The notes under the pieces were generated by a model. The model did not search any database and was not told where the DNA came from. It saw only the letters and a list, made by a program, of their open reading frames with translations. From positions 1-64,000 of the forward strand of contig CBDCEW010000095.1 in assembly GCA_965215885.1 (NCBI GenBank): a stretch of 64,000 nt of DNA. Reading direction: 5' to 3'. How positions within the stretch are numbered: the first letter of the stretch is position 1; each line of letters starts with the position of its first letter. Shown here one piece after another: positions 61,266-64,000 of the stretch. The position numbers and the translations under genes were made by a program. This stretch comes from Candidatus Moanibacter sp. (lineage in GTDB: Bacteria; Verrucomicrobiota; Verrucomicrobiia; Opitutales; UBA2987).

Positions 61266-64000
61266 CTAATCCTCAGGCACTATGGAAATAACATTCTGGC
61301 CATCCGTCTCGAAAAAGCTGTCGGTATCCTCAAACAAAGTGTCGAGGACAGGCTGAAGTCTCCCATCCCCAATATCCGGCCTTAACGGGCTGTCACTGAT
61401 TGAACGCTGACCATCGGTGGCGGCAAACGGGAAGGGGTAGATTTCGTCGTTAGTGTCGATCTGGAAGGCTTCGATCGCCTCGCTGAGATCGCCACCATTG
61501 ATCTGAATTTCTGGCACCAACGAATCGGGGCTGATGCGGATAACAGGTAGAGTCGTACCCGATGGCGTTATGTCACCGATGAAGAGGAACAACTCGACTA
61601 TCACATCCGGTGCATCGATGCCGATAATTCCTTCGGACGCGATGAAATTAGCGTTTGCTGCATTTATTCCTCCGATTTTGGTCGTTTCTCCCTCCTCAGA
61701 GTCTACCCTTATCAACCGGATATCTGCAATACCGTTGACGTCGCCACTGAAGGTCTGGGAGTTGATTAGGGCTACGTCTACCCGGCTAATATCATTGCCA
61801 AGGGTAAAGGTAGAGAAGAAGGTAAGCGATGTCGCGTTCTCAATGGTGAAGGTGGGCAACCCTCGAGCGTATGTGGTAGCGGGCTGATTATAGGGCGAGG
61901 GCACGGCAGCAAGGTAATTTTCGAGGCTGATGGTCAGCGTGGTGGAGGGATCGGCACTTCCGAACTCGGCAAACATGAGGTCGCCCGCTGGGTCGAGGAA
62001 GGAAATCCGCGTGATGGTCCCCGGGTCAGATGAGAAAGTAGAGACTCGGCTGTTAATTTCGAAACCATTATAGACATTACCCTGAAATTCAGTCCCATCA
62101 TTAACAAAATCTGCACTACCGGCAATGAGTAGTGGGCTCGGGCCCATCGCATCGGGTATTATGATCGAAACCGTACCGCTATCGTTGCTTCCGTTCGAGT
62201 CGCTGACCCTTAGCCAATAATCGGTTGTCTGATTTAAAGGTGGTGTGGTAAAGGAAGCGCTTGTTGCACCATTGATCGCATTTGAAGTATCTCCGGTCAA
62301 CCCTTCATACCATTGATAGGCCAAAGGTACCGTACCGGTAGCACTAAAACTTATCGTAACTGATTGTCCGGGAGAGATTGTTTGTGTTTCAGCCGACGAC
62401 ACTATAAGCGGACCTTCGGCATTAGAAGCTTGGTCTTGTATTACAGCCGTTGCACTATACGGCTCGCCCAGTATGTAGTGGACTGCTGAGGTTAAAGATA
62501 GCTTTACCGTCTCATCGAACTCCGCAACGAAGTCATTCTTCGCTTTTATAATAACGTTAACGTTATCAAAGCCTTTGGGGATAACACCGGTTAATGGAAC
62601 GGTCTCGTAGTCGACTCCGTTATTCGCAGTTCCGGTCAGGACAAAGGAGAAAGGTAAATCTTCACCAAATGCTCCGGTTTTATTTACCCCGAAGACAGCG
62701 AATTCGTTGGTTCCTTCGATAGCAATGTCATCGATAACTTCGGTATTTAACACCGGAAGGGTTGAAGTGTTTTCTCTCCGATATATCACACCGAGTGGTG
62801 CACCACTCAGCCAATTACTAGCAGCTCCCGCGGCAGTAATTCCATCGTCTTGCAATGGGAGCAACTTGATAATCGGAATTTCGTTCGATGATTCCTGGTC
62901 TACAAAAGTATCCGTATACACTAACGCAGTATCGTCTCCATTATAGCTGGGAATGCCGGGATATATTCCCGGCAACTCTACAAGGTCATTTATACGCCCC
63001 GTGAAAAGGTCCAATGCTAGAACAGTCGATATTCCAGTAGAGACGTCCAATAACTCGAAGGTTAACAAATTATTGTGACGTTGACCGATCGCTGGCCAGA
63101 AGGTTTCAAATTCTGTTTCTGGCGGGGTAATTGCAAAAATATCACCACTACTCCGGTCCAGCACGTAGATACTCCATGAATCAATAAAACTCTCGTCATC
63201 AAAATTGATTCGGTTAAGAGCATCGAAAAAAAGAAACCGTCCATCCAGCGAAAAGTCCATCGCATCAGCAAAGAGGATCGTATCAGTTGTATCGCCGTCC
63301 AGAACAGGAGCACGCAATTCGAATATTTCAATGCTTTCCTCCACATTTCCCGTTTCCACTAAAGTTTCAATTTCACCGATAGCAATTAAGTTTATAGGCT
63401 CGCCCGAATCGTCAAGGGATACGAAACTGAAAAATCTGCCATCCCCCGAAATGGCTACACTCGACACCTGACCAGCAAATCCTAGACATGCCGCCCTGAC
63501 GGGAAATGTGTTAAAGATGCAACCATCATTGTCTTCCGAGACAAATACGCCAACTAGACCATTATCCATTAGGGAAGGTCGGTTCGAGGGTGCAATAGGT
63601 ATCTCACTAAGAAAAACACCTTCTTCTGGATCTCCTAGCGAGATCTCTCTCCTAGCGAGAAAAGTAGCGCTCCTCTCCGAGTCAAACAAAGTGAATAGTG
63701 TCGCATCCTCGCCTGAAAATGACGGAATAGGAACGGGAAGAGGTGAACCTGCTTGATCGAATATTTCGACGGCACTGAATGCTTCTGCCGTTCTTAAGGC
63801 TTGTGTTGATCCGGCTCCATATAGCTCTTCCGCCGATTGCACGCAGGCCAGGCGACAGTCGATAAATTGCGATCGAATTGTTAATTTTGTAGTAAGAGCT
63901 CGATAGAAAATCTCCTCTGCCTGGTTGATCCCAATGGCCCCGTTCAATCCTTCCGCCAGTAGGTAAAAGGCGTGTGTGATGATCGTGCTGTTGAGATGCA
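61266..64000 (-). CDS. M4-family metallopeptidase, multidomain (M4_C, beta-propeller, Calx-beta, Ig, shared C-terminal domain); start beyond window
   Basis: HLNSTIITHAFYLLAEG..IFYRALT..SQFID.RLA..AEELYG thermolysin C-domain; frame open to 64000. Confidence 0.85.
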   Translation of the reverse strand, partial: HLNSTIITHAFYLLAEGLNGAIGINQAEEIFYRALTTKLTIRSQFIDCRLACVQSAEELYGAGSTQALRTAEAFSAVEIFDQAGSPLPVPIPSFSGEDATLFTLFDSERSATFLARREISLGDPEEGVFLSEIPIAPSNRPSLMDNGLVGVFVSEDNDGCIFNTFPVRAACLGFAGQVSSVAISGDGRFFSFVSLDDSGEPINLIAIGEIETLVETGNVEESIEIFELRAPVLDGDTTDTILFADAMDFSLDGRFLFFDALNRINFDDESFIDSWSIYVLDRSSGDIFAITPPETEFETFWPAIGQRHNNLLTFELLDVSTGISTVLALDLFTGRINDLVELPGIYPGIPSYNGDDTALVYTDTFVDQESSNEIPIIKLLPLQDDGITAAGAASNWLSGAPLGVIYRRENTSTLPVLNTEVIDDIAIEGTNEFAVFGVNKTGAFGEDLPFSFVLTGTANNGVDYETVPLTGVIPKGFDNVNVIIKAKNDFVAEFDETVKLSLTSAVHYILGEPYSATAVIQDQASNAEGPLIVSSAETQTISPGQSVTISFSATGTVPLAYQWYEGLTGDTSNAINGATSASFTTPPLNQTTDYWLRVSDSNGSNDSGTVSIIIPDAMGPSPLLIAGSADFVNDGTEFQGNVYNGFEINSRVSTFSSDPGTITRISFLDPAGDLMFAEFGSADPSTTLTISLENYLAAVPSPYNQPATTYARGLPTFTIENATSLTFFSTFTLGNDISRVDVALINSQTFSGDVNGIADIRLIRVDSEEGETTKIGGINAANANFIASEGIIGIDAPDVIVELFLFIGDITPSGTTLPVIRISPDSLVPEIQINGGDLSEAIEAFQIDTNDEIYPFPFAATDGQRSISDSPLRPDIGDGRLQPVLDTLFEDTDSFFETDGQNVISIVPED

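Overview
Bacterial window, probably Verrucomicrobiota/Opitutae-like (inferred from protein types and intergenic repeat style). Left two-thirds: a ~28 kb minus-strand surface-polysaccharide locus (about 6-34.6 kb). It runs MarR/GbsR regulator, NusG/RfaH paralogue, a perfect ops element, gmd, wzm/wzt, then many GT4/GT2 glycosyltransferases, FkbM-type methyltransferases (most broken), a sulfotransferase, acetyltransferases and a Wzy-like membrane protein. A divergent WcaJ-type priming transferase, a vapBC pair and a TPR protein flank it. The central low-GC part (15.7-27.7 kb) has several degenerate integron attC-like palindromes between genes, suggesting a glycan locus built from gene cassettes; this is the most unusual signal in the window. 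Right third: tmRNA, then an integrase and a decayed accessory region with IS1595/ISL3/IS21 remnants, a frameshifted MTase-HNH fusion, two RepA-type replicon remnants with origin-like sites and a second tyrosine recombinase. Two large secreted proteins there share an uncharacterised ~285 aa C-terminal domain.
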